Assembly: GCA_037379345.1 (NCBI GenBank)
Contig: CM074524.1
Span: 11,648,885 to 11,712,884, forward strand
Direction of reading: 5' to 3'
Source: Perna viridis
Lineage: Eukaryota
Length of the DNA stretch: 64,000 nt
In this document: piece after piece, positions 1-14,895 of the stretch
Position numbering within the stretch: the first letter of the stretch is position 1
How the letters are laid out: each line of letters starts with the position of its first letter
The notes under the pieces: generated by a model
Told to the model about the DNA's origin: nothing
Seen by the model: the letters and a program-made list of their open reading frames with translations, nothing else
Database searches by the model: none
Position numbers and translations under genes: made by a program

Positions 1-1194
1 ATTGGCGACATATATTCTCAAAAATTAATACCTTTTCCCTGTCGGTCAAAAGATATCAGTCCTCAATAAAAATACTCAATATATCACATTCGGTACAAAC
101 AAAACAAAGTCGTTTAATTTAGTGAAAAACAAACATAATTTCACACGGAAAACTCATTACTTTTCAACTTTTAAAATGTAACAAAAAGAAAATCAATTGG
201 CTCTTTCTTTCAATTTCCTGAATAAAATGGCTTTTGGAACGGCATTATTGTAGCTTTATAACTTAACATCGATACTATAATTTGTATACATAGAATCCTT
301 GGTACGGCTAAAACCAACAATCAATTTTCGACCCAAACAAGTTCGAAAGTTGCATTATTTCTCAATGCAAGTTAGATATTTCAGAGCAATATTCAGAAAA
401 AGCTTTCGGTCAGCTTTCAAAAGAAACCTTGTGTTGGAATGAACAAAACTCAACGAAGCTCGGGGTACAGAAACAAAAATGACTGGCAAATTTAATACAT
501 TTGTTCTATGATTATCAAGCTACGTGATACTTGTTAAAAGCAGAAGAAAACCTATCCGAATATTTATTAAAAAAAAAAGTCTAAGAAGAGGTTACAAAAA
601 TTAATTTGAAGTAACATCAGTGGAGTATCTTGTTTTAGCACGAAGTTATCAGCTTAAGAGGCTATGTCGATAGATATGTCTCTTATTTATTGGGTTTTGT
701 CCTGGGTAATAAGGAACTGGCTTAGAACAACTTATCTGTGGGTCGAGTTGTCCCATAATTTATACTTCCGTATTTGCACAGCATGTACTCATTTCCAGTC
801 AAAGGTAAAATGGTATGGTTTTGCTATGACTTTACTCTTGTTTTTAGTTAGGAAAATGAAAAGATAACAGGAAAAAGTCGGTATATATCTCCGTCCTTAT
901 TTTTAAGGGGTATATTTTTTTTCTATTTCACTATTGTTGCCTTTGGGAAAAATAGAACTGTTCTACCTGAAATCAGACCTTAAGTGAATATAAGGGAAAA
1001 GGTTTAATACGCATTGACTACTGTTATGGGGGTTTCGCCCACCATAAGCAAAACTTATGAGTATTGAAAACTTTTTACGAAAGAAAAAGGTGCATGATCA
1101 AAAATAATTTTGCCTATATTTGCCTACACCGATGTCCCGTCCGTCTTTGTGTATTAAATACGTCAGATGTACTAGTATTCAAGACAATCCATAA

Positions 1195-1323
1195 NNNNNN
1201 NNNNNNNNNNNNNNNNNNNNNNNNNNNNNNNNNNNNNNNNNNNNNNNNNNNNNNNNNNNNNNNNNNNNNNNNNNNNNNNNNNNNNNNNNNNNNNNNNNNN
1301 NNNNNNNNNNNNNNNNNNNNNNN
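1195..1323. other. Assembly gap (129 N)
   Basis: Run of N characters. Confidence 0.99.
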
Positions 1324-4300
1324 CAGTTGTGTTGTTTTGTTTGTTTTGTTATTTTTGCTTGTTGGTATTTTGGTTCACATATAAAGCTTGCTACTAAGTT
1401 GATTTTAATATAAATGGAGATATCTGTGAAAAAGATTGGACTAGCAATTAATATACTATATACCTATCAAATGGAGGGCAGTGAACGGAATGTTTTTATT
1501 AAAATGGCTTGTTTCTGACACTTTCCTCGTTTTACACATTACCATTACAATGTTTAGCCTTCTGTGTACTTTTTCACTCCTTGAACTTGAAGATGAATGG
1601 AAAAACATGGTTAATGTTCATGCTATTGATATACTGCACGCGCGCCTCGATATCAGTTTAGTTCCGGAATGTAAATAAGAAGAATAAAAAGGTTCAAGAA
1701 ATCATGCGCATAATTTGCAATAGTCGAAGCGGTCTCGATCTACAACAAAACAAAAATATTCCAGACATTGAAAAAATACAAAACGCGTTATAAGAAGGCC
1801 AGACTGATTCACAAAGTGGTTAAACAAAGGTGTCGAAATTAGCATCCAATAATTACACCACCAAGCTTCAGTTGCTGCCCTTTCATCGCAAAGCTTAATT
1901 AAAATCGGAAACGATTTAACAAACACGGGAATCCCGATGAATCTGCCATCGACAAAAAGCAGGCGGCAAAAATTGAACAACGCGTGTCGTAGAGTGATAC
2001 GTGCCACTGAAGCGTGACCATCCTTGAAATTGACACCGGAAGATTTTTGCTTTAATTGTTCATTACAAGACGAGTCTTTGGTACTTTTATATCTTAATTT
2101 ACATCAATTATGTAAAAGGTTTCCCTGGTGACCCTTTTGTTTTTATTCCTTTCTGCCTCTTAATTGCAAAATTCTGAAGTCATTGACTTTCTTGAGTACG
2201 ATGTGTCAATCAAAGGGCATGACACCTCAAAATCATGACATAGCTTCTATGATTGAGTTGAAAGGTCAAATAAAGGTTTTATATCTTTATTTTGGTGAAG
2301 TATCAACCGCATCTTTGACTGCATGTTAATTTCACTATTATAAATATTTAAGTATGATGAAATACTAAAGACACAGCTAATTCTTCATTTCTCAAAAGAG
2401 TAAAATTCATTGCAAATCACTTTTCTTATTTGAAGAGAAAATATAAGGACAGCGAAAAACGTAGAATCTCCTTGTCGTTTAAATATTTGACCCTGTGACA
2501 TTGACTTTTGATCTTGAATCAATACGGATCTATATTTTATTAAGTATGCACAAACCCTTTTTATCCTAGCTAGGGTATCTACAAGCAAGACAAAGATTTA
2601 TATGTATGTGACCTTCTCCTGTGACCTTTTCCTCGAAAAGGGGTGGGATTTATATTTTCGAAAGAATTTCAAACATTCTAATAGATTTAGACAAGTCCAA
2701 TAAAACAATGTTGGTTCTAGTGAAAGAATGTCCAATGGCCCTGAGTAACTGAGGCGATATTTCATCTTTTCTCAATAGCCGCCTGGTTTTCGTTGAAGAT
2801 ATTCTCATATATTGTAATATTGTGGACATAATGTGAGATAGAGTGAACAAATACGGAGACTGTCCAATACTTGTTCATTAAAAACTTGGTCATTATTTAA
2901 AGTGAAATAAAATGGGAAAAGAAACGCTTGTTTATTGAAAACTTTGTCGGGATTGAGAAGGAAATTGAGATTAGAAGTGGCTGTCTTAGTTATCGATTGG
3001 ACATTATTTGTCCACTATTAGTATCTTCTTTTGATGGGACAAGTGTTTCTATACCAAAAGCATAATATTGGTCAACATACAAAATTCTTAACAGCAAAAT
3101 AGCAACATTCCAAATTATTCTTACAGTCATAAATTTTAACCCTAACTGTCCATTAACCCGATAAATATATAACAAAGCAAAACGACAAGTCATTTAGTCT
3201 AGTCCTAAACAATTCATGTCTTTGACTTCTTAAATGTTCAACAAAAACGTTCCATTGTATTCTTTGACGTTATCTGATCAGTTCCCGTTATAGTATTCAA
3301 GTCACGCGATATCGCGTTACATCAAGATTAAAAACAAACTGGTTACCGTCACAGTTAACTGGTCCCATTGTTGCTTTGTTCTAGTGAGACTGCAAGCTAG
3401 ATTTGTTGTGTACTTTTGCACGCTTACGTCACGTTTTTGTGTCTTTGTTAAATTCATTTGCAACAAAAATAAATCCGATTTTTTTTAATTCTTAGATTAT
3501 AAGTCAAGTACGTCTATTTTGTTTTCAATTTTTACCTTTGCCAAGATACCAATGATTAGTAAAAAGCTTAGATAAGTCTATACTCAATTCTTCATTTACT
3601 AGAATACACACCTTCATCCCATCAAACAGGTAAAAACTGGTTCATTTCGACCAATATGCTTATAGTGTACATTAAATGTTTATACTTGCATTCTAGAAAT
3701 ACTTTAGCCCTTGAAAATGCAACCGACTTTGGTCTAGATTTTAACTAATTCCAAATGGGCTGACTGTCATTAAACCGTTTTCAAATGTATATCATACTGC
3801 TAACCGGCATTATAGAAAACATGTAACAAATTTTAAACACTCTATTTCGACATGACAAACACTAAACACATTGATTGTGATCTCGAGAAAAATCAGATGA
3901 CGAATCTCCCCCTTTTCAGAGTGTCATAGTACAATTTTGACGGACATATCTGGCTGCAGATTGTTGCATTTACTGCTTAATTCTATCATCACATATTGTT
4001 CAACTCTTTGGAATAAGGTATTAATGAATATGTGCAATGTTTCCATAACTCCAACTTTATCATCACTTCTATAGATAAGTAAGGCTGTAGGCCACTGAGT
4101 TCGTGTGATAGTACGGAGCCTACTTATTCATCTAAAAGCCCTGCTATTCGTACATAACTCTATTTAAAATCATCGAAATCACATACAATGTGGGAAATTG
4201 ATTTAGCATTATTCTCTTTGTCGTACGGAATTCAAATGTTGGCACAAGACAGATGTTAATGTTAAAGGAGTTTTTCTGAGTAAACGTAGGTGGCGTTGAG

Positions 4301-6824
4301 ATTGTTTGTAGATGTGCATCTGCTTTTAAGAAACTTTGAAATTTTAATATGTGCGAATAGTTTGAGAACAAAACGAGTTCTGTACTCAAAAACATCCAAA
4401 AATAGTGAACATTTGCACCTTTTAAGCGTAAAGTAAAAATTTGAGTAAAGACCAGTTTGAATTAGCCATGCTTTGCATTTCTTCAAGACAGTGTTCATTT
4501 CTGAATAAACGGAATATTCTGTTTCATTTTATCTTTTAAATTGGCTGGTCCATGATACATGTTCAGCAACAGCTATGTAATCAGACATCAACACTTCAAT
4601 GTAATATCTTATTATTGAAATACAATGCAATTGAAATGAAAAATAAGATTTTTCACAATGAAATTTTATCTCAACGACAGTGGCTCGTTTACAACTTTTT
4701 ACCATTTAACAACCTCCTAACATAACCTCTTTGTTCCCAAAGGGTCTTCAACCCACCCTATCTGTTTATCGCCAGGTAATACTATATACATGCATCAAAC
4801 CAGAAAACGACAATAGAAAACTCGTCAAAACACGTAAATGATACACCCCCATCTTAAGAAAAAACTTTTTAAGTTTTTAAAAGTTATTTATTACATGATG
4901 ACGAAAGATGTATGCGTTCACTGTATTGCACGATGCATAGTAAGAGGGCAAACCTTCGATTGGACGGAATGAATATCAAGGGCGGATCCAAACACTGTGA
5001 TAAGGAGGGGGTCATCCGAGGTTTACCAGAAAAAGGGATACAAGGACATTATTTGCCATTCATTATCAATTTTACAGATAAAAGTGACAAATTTTAAAAA
5101 TAACAATGGGCTGCCAAGCCCCCTGCAACCCCCCTCTTTTCTGTTTCAAGAAGTCGATGGTATGCATACAGTGTGATGTCTGTCCGGCATTATTTAGTTC
5201 CGGGTGATAACAAAAGACAAAGAACTGCTAATTCAAACATTTGAACTTAATAAAACACAAAACGTTGCACCATAAAGTACAGGTCGATCAACTACATGCA
5301 CAATTATAGTGTACAATTATAATTATCATTGCACTTCCTGTTTGGGTGTAAGCCCCTTTTCACTAAAAAACTTTGGAACATGAGGGTAATCAATTCACTT
5401 TCTCAAGTTTTTATTGTAATGTTTTCCTATCAACATTCAGGAGCATCTTTTCATACTGTCTCTCCTTTCCGCTCCACTTTTCATTCAAGTTTTATAACTA
5501 TGAAATGAGCTGATTACATTGTAGATCGTTAGACCAGCCCAACTCTAAATCCTGCATAAGGGAATCATAGGCGGATCTAAGGGGTTTCCCTGGCCCCTTT
5601 ATCAAATCGAAAATTTCTTATAATCGTATTTACATTTTTATATTAAAACATTGAAAATACTCAGAAAGTAATACATTTCAATGAACAATTAGGCAGATTC
5701 GTTATTAAGCACTGTATTACAAACAGTGCTTGTCATAATTAAATATGATTATTTTTTCACATTTATCTTGGCCCGGGTTCAGGCACCCTTTATCCATCTC
5801 TGGATCTGTCACAGTTAGTGTTTGTTAATATAAAGTCTCTGCGTTCATGGGGTTTATATTGTTTCGTTGCCTCAAAAGTGAATCTCGGGTCTATAAAGCA
5901 TTCTATCTTAAATCATATTAATCAAAGTTTCATCATGAATTCGATACGATTTCATGCTGTTATATAATTGACTCGTATTTATCTGTAAAATAATCCTATT
6001 TGCTTTACATATGTAAGTATTTTATTTGCCCATTATTATGAAACACAGATCTGCTGGTTCCCTCAACTGGTTCACATTAGGGAGTAATTAGTGTCTTACG
6101 TATTTCATTATCGGGACTCGGAGTGCTAATTGTCCCTTCAAATAAGAGATCTCTGAAAGAGGATTATGGGAAGATTTCCCTCGAGGATTTCAAGACAATA
6201 AATTGCAATAAATCAGTGCCCAATTTATCGCCAGTCGATATCTAATTGGTAAACAAGTTTAAAGTATTATGTATCATTAAGCAAGATGTAATTAAACCAT
6301 ATTTTAGGAGTAAATTGTATATTAATATTTATGAATAATCGGATTGAAGGGGTTATTAGATTTCACTTTAAATATTTGTTATTATCGTTTTAATAAAATG
6401 AAATATGGCTGGATTTTATTTGTTTTATTTAACCTTTCTAAACCAATTGAACTATCACGGAGATTTCATACTGTTGATTTAATTTTCTACATAATTTTTA
6501 TTTCTCCTTAAATTAATAAACCATACTTTTAATGTATCGTTATACTTTTAAACGACTCTCTGAAATCTGGTAGTATGTTTGGTTGTATGTTGGAGTTTAA
6601 CGTCCGAGCAGCAATATTTCAGTATATTCAGACGATGAACACGAAATTGATGATAAAATGAACATGAAATACTACCTGGTAGTAAACTGCACACACTTAG
6701 TCGGGAATGATATTACCTCAAATTACGATTTTAATTATATATAGAATGAAAGGGTGTGGAATTGAACAAAAATTAATGCGAGCATGCAACCCAGATATAT
6801 TTTTCTACTAAATTATAAACTTAA

Positions 6825-7035
6825 GGAGGTAGACCTAGGGTAAGGGACACAACTCTTAAAAATCATTGGAACGTTTTTATTCATTATTTTACATCACTCT
6901 CATGTAAGCATCAAAGTGACTTTGACTGATTTCATTCTGTTTCAGAGAAAAGCTTGAAAGGTTTTGCTGAAATTGAATATGATAAAACATATCACTGACT
7001 TCATGAGTTTTGCCCCTTACCCAAGGTCTACCTCC
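6825..7035 (+). mobile_element. TTAA-flanked MITE, family A copy 1 (Kolobok-like termini)
   Basis: ttaa|GGAGGTAGACCTAGGGTAAGGG ... CCCCTTACCCAAGGTCTACCTCC|ttaa; imperfect ~35-bp TIRs and TTAA on both sides; three further copies in the window. Confidence 0.85.
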
Positions 7036-8421
7036 TTAAGAAAATAATTTTGATTGCCCACTACTTTTTATTCGAGATATTCGAAATTAAGACCGATAAC
7101 TCCGCAAAGAAATATCCGCAAAAAATACCAAAGTGTAAAAAATAAGATAATTCAGATACACAAAAAAACCAAGTGCATGGCCTGAATCTGAAAAGAGGCG
7201 CCAATAACGATACACATACACACAGACAGTGATTAAAGGTAAATACTTCTAGTCCTGATGACTTGAGAATGGGCAATGCGGGTTTAATTCAAGACAACAC
7301 AACGTTGGAATCTATAACGTTTTACATATTAAGTTCGGGTTGTGTCTTCAATTGGCAACATGGAGTGCGACCATTCAGAAAAAAACTACAGCACACTTAA
7401 ATTAGCATGGTGTGACGAATAAACACAGACACAAAATAAATCAAAGGATCCCCTTTCTTCCAATTATTAAGATGCACAATAACCGTATGTAAAACAATTG
7501 GATATGACGTCTGATTGTACTGTAAGCATGTTCAGAAATAATTCAGGGCGACAAACAATGGTATCGTACATCAGCAGACGATCTCTTGTCGCTCCTAGTT
7601 ATGAAAATGACGGTTGATGCTCGTGAAATATACATCACAGATGATGAGTTTGTATTGACGTTAAAAGGTCGGGACCCGTTTGATGATAGCATCTGAATAT
7701 TTCGCCACGTTCATATCTCATAATTTTATGCAGATGTGTTTTCTTATACTTGCAAAATATGCAACGAGGGAGTTAACGACAAATGATATATGAGGCTCTG
7801 TTAATTCGGATTGACAGAAGTGACCTTGTTGATGTTTTTCGCTCACTTTATCCACTCCTCTTATAATTATGTGTGGTCTTAAACAAAGACAAATCAGTCC
7901 TTTTTTCTCATAATCTGGGTCCGCTACAGCTGAAACCAAATAGTATCAAGTTCATGAACACTATATATTTTGGGATATGTTCCAAACATATATAAAATTG
8001 GAACTTTGAAAAAGTCGCTTTATGGCTGTACGATGTTAGTAATAAGTACATTTTTGACACCAACTGAGTATAGCATAAGTGTTGTAACTAGCAATATAAT
8101 TGTCATAATCACTCAAGATTTAATTCTTCTTGGGGGGATTTAAAAATAGATTCAAAGTTGATTCTGTAACATTATATATGTGTTACGAAATGTATTTTAA
8201 ACTAACTCACAATGGTGGTCACGTCTATATTAATATTACCCTGTGTCAATTTCAATTAAAAGTAAAAACTCGGATAAGCATATCTTGACCCTTTCCGTAT
8301 CCGATTCTTGGCAATTAGCATGATCACCTCAAGTGTCAACAATTGATTTTGCAGTTATTTAATCGAATCTTTTGGTTGAAATGGCCTTTCAATACCAGAT
8401 ATTGTTCAATTGGGCCAATGT

Positions 8422-9292
8422 TTCATATTTCTAAAATAAAAAATTGTTCAAAATTTGCGCATGCACGCCGAACATTCTAAGATGTGTGATCTTGGGTGTA
8501 AATGTAAAGAGAACTTGCATGATGGGAACATTTTTGGGTATCCTTGGTCTCAAAAATCGTAGTACAATACCAATCATGTCTGTTCCATATGAAAATGTTC
8601 CAAATATTGAAATATCATTAATAAAAAAGTGCCGTTACCAAGTGTTCTTAATTTTTTCCTCAAAATAAATGTGAAAAACTTTTCATTTCATTATATTGAA
8701 TGTTAAATACTGAGTTTGCTTGATTTTCAATAGAACTATTTTACTTTCTGTTTTCCATAAAGGGGACTGCCTAGAAAAGTCGACTAACAATTTATCCGAC
8801 TGAAAATGAATAATAAAAAATTGAAAATACATATGGAGTACATATCTGGGGGCAAAGACTTCATATTTCTAAAATAAAAAATTGTTCAAACTTTGCGCAT
8901 GCACGCCGAACATTCTAAGATGTGTGATCTTGGGTGTAAATGTAAAGAGAACTTGCATGATGGGAACATTTTTGGGTATCCTTGGTCTCACAAATCGTAG
9001 TACAATACCAATCATGTCTGTTCCATATGAAAATGTTCCAAATATTGAAATATCATTAATAAAAAAGTGCCGTTACCAAGTGTTCTTAATTTTTTCCTCA
9101 AAATAAATGTGAAAAACTTTTCATTATATTGAATGTTAAATACTGAGTTAGCTTGATTTTCAATAGAACTATTTTACTTTCTGTTTTCCATAAAGGGGAC
9201 TGCCTAGAAAAGTCGACTAACAATGTATCCGACTAAAAATGAATAATAAAAAATTGAAAATACATATGGAGTACATATCTGGGGGCAAAGAC
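8422..9292. repeat. Direct tandem duplication, ~438-bp unit x2
   Basis: 8422-8859 repeated at 8860-9292 with a few SNPs and a 5-bp indel; explains the twin ORFs at 8444 and 8882. Confidence 0.95.
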
Positions 9293-10732
9293 TTTCGAAA
9301 CCTCAATAAACTCGGGACAGAAACCTATATCACAACCATCAGAGGTGACTGATTAGGATTAATTCCGATGTGTTTTAAGACTTAGCATTCTTTGAAGGTG
9401 TAGAAAAGGTCTCTTACGAAACAATTTCAAATTTTATTACAAAATATTGTCTAAATCCCGGCCATATTGGATCAAAAACAATCTAAACTGTAGCCATTAC
9501 ATCAAAGACAGTTGTTTACGATTCGCTCATACGTTATAAAAACTAGTTTTTCTGACGTCGACTTGTTCTATTGTTTTAGCTGATTGCCAAAATAAACAAG
9601 TTCTGTCAAGACCCATTCCGATGGAATTTCTGTAGATTATTTTGTTAGCACAAATTATGTTCTGATGTGTTTTCTCCATCTGATAATGCTATACAGTACC
9701 GGCGGTATGGTAAAAGGCTTTTGAAATCCTTTGGATAGTCGACCTATTTTTTTGTTTTGTTTTTTTTTTTTTTGCTTCATTTAATTCGGTAGAATGACCG
9801 ACAATTCAAAGCATAACCCCGTCTGGAATTGTTATCAATGCCCGCGCGGCGTGGCTGAACGGTTTTGAGATCGTTTGGGGTTTCTTCCTGGTTTTGCTGC
9901 ATGGAGTTCTTTAAATCTTACATTTTTTTTAAGTAGTTCTCCCATATGGTATTGTTAAAATATTTTGCAGTCTTGTGAAAAGTAAATCTAGTTATTTGTC
10001 TTGCTCTTCCATTCAGTTGAAGACCAACAGTGATAAGATGCCGTGTAAGATTTTCTGTATATTCTGCAGTATCTTCTAGTTACTGATATTTTTCCATGCA
10101 GTGCCCCTGCCGTAGTTACAAGTCTGGAAATCATTGCATGGGAAAGTAAGCCTGGTTTTATCGACATACCTTTGCGGTCTTTTAATGCATTCTGAAGGGT
10201 TGGGATTTTTTAAGGAACAAATCATGCCCTGATATTTAGAAAGAGGCCATTGACTGTAGGGGCGAAAATTAGATCCTACACTGTAACCATGGGAAAGAAA
10301 TAAACTTCCTTAAAGCGAAATTTTGACCCGCATGAAAATCCCAGAACCCCAATTCCAGGAAAATAGGCACACATTCTATTTTTAAACACAGGATTGTGAA
10401 ATCAAATCAAGAAATAAAAAGGTCGCCCTTACTCTGCAATAATACACGTGCACATTGTACAAAATAAAAAAAAACTTCTGAGGTGTAATTTTTCGAAAAC
10501 GAATTTATGCTTAACATCATGAATAGTAGAAATTAAACTGACTGAGCTTTTGTCCTGTCCTGTGCTGGAAACTTTAAATAACTTGGTGAAAAGCAAAATA
10601 ATTGTCATGATTCCTCTGTAATTTGATATGGACAAGATAACTGTTTTGTTTTGTTATGATTTTTTTTTAATTTTGTTTGATATGTACAATATTCACGAAC
10701 AAAGATAGTCTTAGTGATCATCTGACAACATG

Positions 10733-10932
10733 CCTCGTTATAGAATGCAGAGATATACGACATCAAGGACTATTCCATGACAGACCAAACAAAAAGCATC
10801 AAACCTTGTAGAAATAACCCTTAGACTCTTCTTATACCTCGTTAGAATGAAAAGATATATGACATCAAGGACTATTCAACGACAGACCAAACAAGAAACA
10901 CCAAGGCTTGTGAAAAGAACCCTTAAACTCTT
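10733..10932. repeat. Diverged tandem duplication, ~104-bp period x2
   Basis: cctcgtta..gaatg..agatat..gacatcaaggactattc..gacagaccaaacaa..aaccctta.actctt occurs at 10733 and 10837. Confidence 0.85.
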
Positions 10933-12235
10933 TGAATATCCAAACGAATGTATGTGCATGAACCGGAAGTAACATACTCCATAGCATCAATTTTGTCTCA
11001 TTAATAAGGCTTTGTTCACGTTAAGGCTATGTTTTCGGGTTTTGACGTATTTGAATTATCCCAGTGCTGACGCTTCGATATTTGTTTTGCCGAAACTTTT
11101 TACTATTTACAATAGAAGTCAAGAAAGCGGGTCCAAAATGTTCGTCGACCATGAATCTTAATGTACATGTTGATTGGTTACATATACACGTTCTATGTGT
11201 AATATGTGTATGCTTTTATGTCATGAATTACTCAATAATAGATTGTAGATAGAAGTGAGTTTCGTGACTTATGGAAATTAAAAAAAAAAAAAAAAAAAAC
11301 AGTAGGCCTACATGTAAATATAGCATATTTAATAAAATATGACCATAATGTTGTCATAGTTTTTTTTCACTAATTTACATCGCAGAAACAAAAGCATACA
11401 AACTTACTTAATAATATCAGTGTTATTCAATAAGTGAACGAAAGATTTGGTGGCGTACGGGATCAGCCCTGACAAAACCAGATAGCCTTTACAGTCGTTT
11501 AATCGTCAAATCTGTTCGGTGACTCGGACAATGGAAACCGTTTTATCGGCTTTCATGCTTCGTTTGAAGTCTTTAAGAAGACTTTATGAATTGTGTCTCG
11601 AATTATATCGGATTTTTAAACAACAATGAGTTTTGTAAGCTGTTATACTTTTAACTTCATTTTTCTATTCTTTTGTGGTTTCGTTTCACCCCAATGAAGG
11701 ACACGTGTTATAAAGGCTTAAATTTTCACTTTTTATATATTGAACAACCGTTTAAAAAACAATAAGAATATTAAATGTAGGTCAACTGCGAAGAAAACAA
11801 ATCCGTTTCATTTGCCTAAATATTTAGAATATTTTACAGATTTGATTATATGTTTAACACAATTTTGGTATTTGTTGTTTTAGGTTGGCGGGATCGCGAC
11901 CATTGTTTTTTCACCCTAATTGTTCCTTTGTGTTTCCATATCTTTCAGAAATGACTCAAATCTTATATATGTCAATTTCAATACAATAAATATGGCATGT
12001 GGTTTTTAAGATACATGTATTCAAGCTGATGGTCTGAGTCATTCTGTTACCGACCCTCTTCTACTGAGAACAGGGATCACATATACTTAACTAACATCTA
12101 GATTGAACGACAAATTACTCATTCTTTAGAATATATTAATCAAAAGAATAAAATAGATAACAAAGAGCCGCCCAACCTGATTCTAGCTAAATGTCAAGTA
12201 TTTGCGCAAGGGGTGGTTGTCATGGGGGAGATGGA

Positions 12236-12361
12236 CAGAGCGAATGCAGGATTTCATATTCTAGGGGCGTATAAAAAACAAAGGCAAACAATTTCGGTGG
12301 GGTAGTTTTTTGTTAATTTTAGGGGGCGTACGCTCGGTCCACCCCTAAGAGTCCGCACTTG
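12236..12361. mobile_element. Degenerate short TIR element (CAGGGGCGGATCC-type), family B
   Basis: Ends cagagcgaatgcagg ... gagtccgcacttg; flanks atgga/acgga resemble a 5-bp TSD with one mismatch. Confidence 0.45.
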
Positions 12362-12774
12362 ACGGACTCGTTCCAAACGATTAACTGAAGTCAAACCAAG
12401 TCTTTGATTGGCATGACAATGAAGATAAAACAGGATAAGACATGGTCACGTCTGAGAAAGCGTAATCACGGGGACCAAGATTCAAGCGGAAATCAAAAGA
12501 ATACATTCCAAGGATAAAAACATACACACACAACAAAAAACACGAAATGACCAAAGTTACACGTACAAAGAAACAAAAGTAAATGATTAACTCTGAATCT
12601 CCAAAGAGCCGAATTATTGGAATGAATAATTATACATTTCACCATATAGACACAGAGCAACTTGATAACAAAAATAAAATTGTGAAGCCTTTTTTTGGTC
12701 GAACCACATTTTACAGAATTTGTATGATTCTTAGTAAGAATGATACTTGAAAACTGTAGCAATAATGTACTAAA

Positions 12775-13030
12775 ATATGGTGAATATGTTTAGGGGACAA
12801 CGACCCCACTGGGATGAAAAATATCAGCTCAAGGACACCCGTGTGTCTTCCGTGAAAAACGAGACACAGAGTAGGCTGCAGCTGGCCCCAAAACAACTAT
12901 GTTATACACAGATTCAGCGCAAAAGTTGCCCTTATAGACTACAGGAAACTGAAAACGATAATAAAACAAGATAAACAGAGGCCAGAAATTTCTGATTTTG
13001 GACAGGCGCAAAAAAATGCAGCGGGATTAC
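12775..13030 (-). mobile_element. SINE-like fragment (Nin-domain-like), reverse copy
   Basis: Reverse-complement similarity to 49235-49500 (ccactgggatgaa..caagg.caccc..gtcttc; ggacaggcgcaaaaaaatgca). Confidence 0.6.
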
Positions 13031-13761
13031 AACCTTCCCTCTTCCTTTGTGTGTTTTGAGGTATCAAACCGGACATGAAATTGGTCGAAGGAGGAACGAC
13101 GCCATTGTAAAACATTAATTTAGATATTTCTGTACTAAACAAACTTCGGGAACTTTGATCGTTTTATCCCAGTAAATAAGGGAACTTAAGACTGTATACT
13201 TCTTCCTACAGGTCTACGAATTAAAGTATTTGGGACCAGAAATAATGCATAGAGACAACTACTATAACAACAGTGAAGTTACATAACATAACTTTGGGCA
13301 CAGTTTGCAAAATCCGTGGCCAGTATTTGACTCCACATTAAAAAGAGTTAAAAATAATACGCTTTATCACCCATATTTTCAGAAAAATTAAAAAGAGAAC
13401 GAATTATATAAATTAGTATCTGATTGATTCGTTCTTAGTTAATTTTGATAGCATATGGTTCGCACGTACTGATGTCTTGACCCCCCTTTTTTAAGCACAT
13501 ACAAACAAATTTACACACATACACACTGAGTCCTTTCAATCTATTGATCGGCCTTAAATATATTATATATGCACTTAAAACATTCTGAATGTGGTAATGT
13601 TACATTTACAATTCAGAGTTCTCTTGAAATATATTGACATATGTAAGACTACATTTATAAACTACGTTAGGTATTTTCTGAAGACTTTCCCTGTTTCAAG
13701 GTGATTTTTGAAGACTACAATGCATTATATATCGGGATATGTCCCTGAAACTGTGACAATT

Positions 13762-14895
13762 AACTATGATCACGTTTTAGACAGTTCAACTATACAGTGG
13801 GACAAGGTATTGTCAATGGGTATTAGACAGCTTTAGACAAGGAACTATGAGCACGTATTGGACAGTTCAACTATACAGTGGGACAAGGTACTGTCAATGG
13901 GTATTAGACAGCTTTAGACAAGGAACTATGAACACGTATTAGACAGGTCAACTATACAGTGGGACAAGGTATTGTCAATGGGTATTAGACAGCTTTAGAC
14001 AAGGAACTATGAGCACGTATTGGACAGTTCAACTATACAGTGGGACAAGGTATTGTCAATGGGTATTAGACAGCTTTAGACAAGGAACTATGAGCACGTA
14101 TTGGACAGTTCAACTATACAGTGGGACAAGGTACTGTCAATGGGTATTAGACAGCTTTAGACAAGGAACTATGAACACGTATTAGACAGTTCAACTATAC
14201 AGTGGGACAAGGTACTGTCAATGGGTATTAGACAGCTTTAGACAAGGAACTATGAACACGTATTAGACAGGTCAACTATACAGTGGGACAAGGTATTGTC
14301 AATGGGTATTAGACAGCTTTAGACAAGGAACTATGAGCACGTATTGGACAGTTCAACTATACAGTGGGACAAGGTACTGTCAATGGGTATTAGACAGCTT
14401 TAGACAAGGAACTATGAGCACGTATTGGACAGTTCAACTATACAGTGGGACAAGGTACTGTCAATGGGTATTAGACAGCTTTAGACAAGGAACTATGAAC
14501 ACGTATTAGACAGTTCAACTATACAGTGGGACAAGGTACTGTCAATGGGTATTAGACAGCTTTAGACAAGGAACTATGAACACGTATTAGACAGGTCAAC
14601 TATACAGTGGGACAAGGTATTGTCAATGGGTATTAGACAGCTTTAGACAAGGAACTATGAGCACGTATTGGACAGTTCAACTATACAGTGGGACAAGGTA
14701 CTGTCAATGGGTATTAGACAGCTTTAGACAAGGAACTATGAGCACGTATTGGACAGTTCAACTATACAGTGGGACAAGGTATTGTCAATGGGTATTAGAC
14801 AGCTTTAGACAAGGAACTATGAGCACGTATTGGACAGTTCAACTATACAGTGGGACAAGGTACTGTCAATGGGTATTAGACAGCTTTAGACAAGG
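13762..14895. repeat. Minisatellite, 14 x 81 bp
   Basis: Unit aactatgagcacgtattggacagttcaactatacagtgggacaaggtactgtcaatgggtattagacagctttagacaagg, highly homogeneous; 14 x 81 fits the coordinates exactly. Confidence 0.97.

Noticed and set aside
8444-9106. Twin 74-aa ORFs
   Set aside because: Products of the 438-bp duplication with non-ATG starts and no homology signal.
9950-10250. Possible degraded coding remnant on the minus strand (faint THAP-like look)
   Set aside because: Stops in all frames and no convincing motif.
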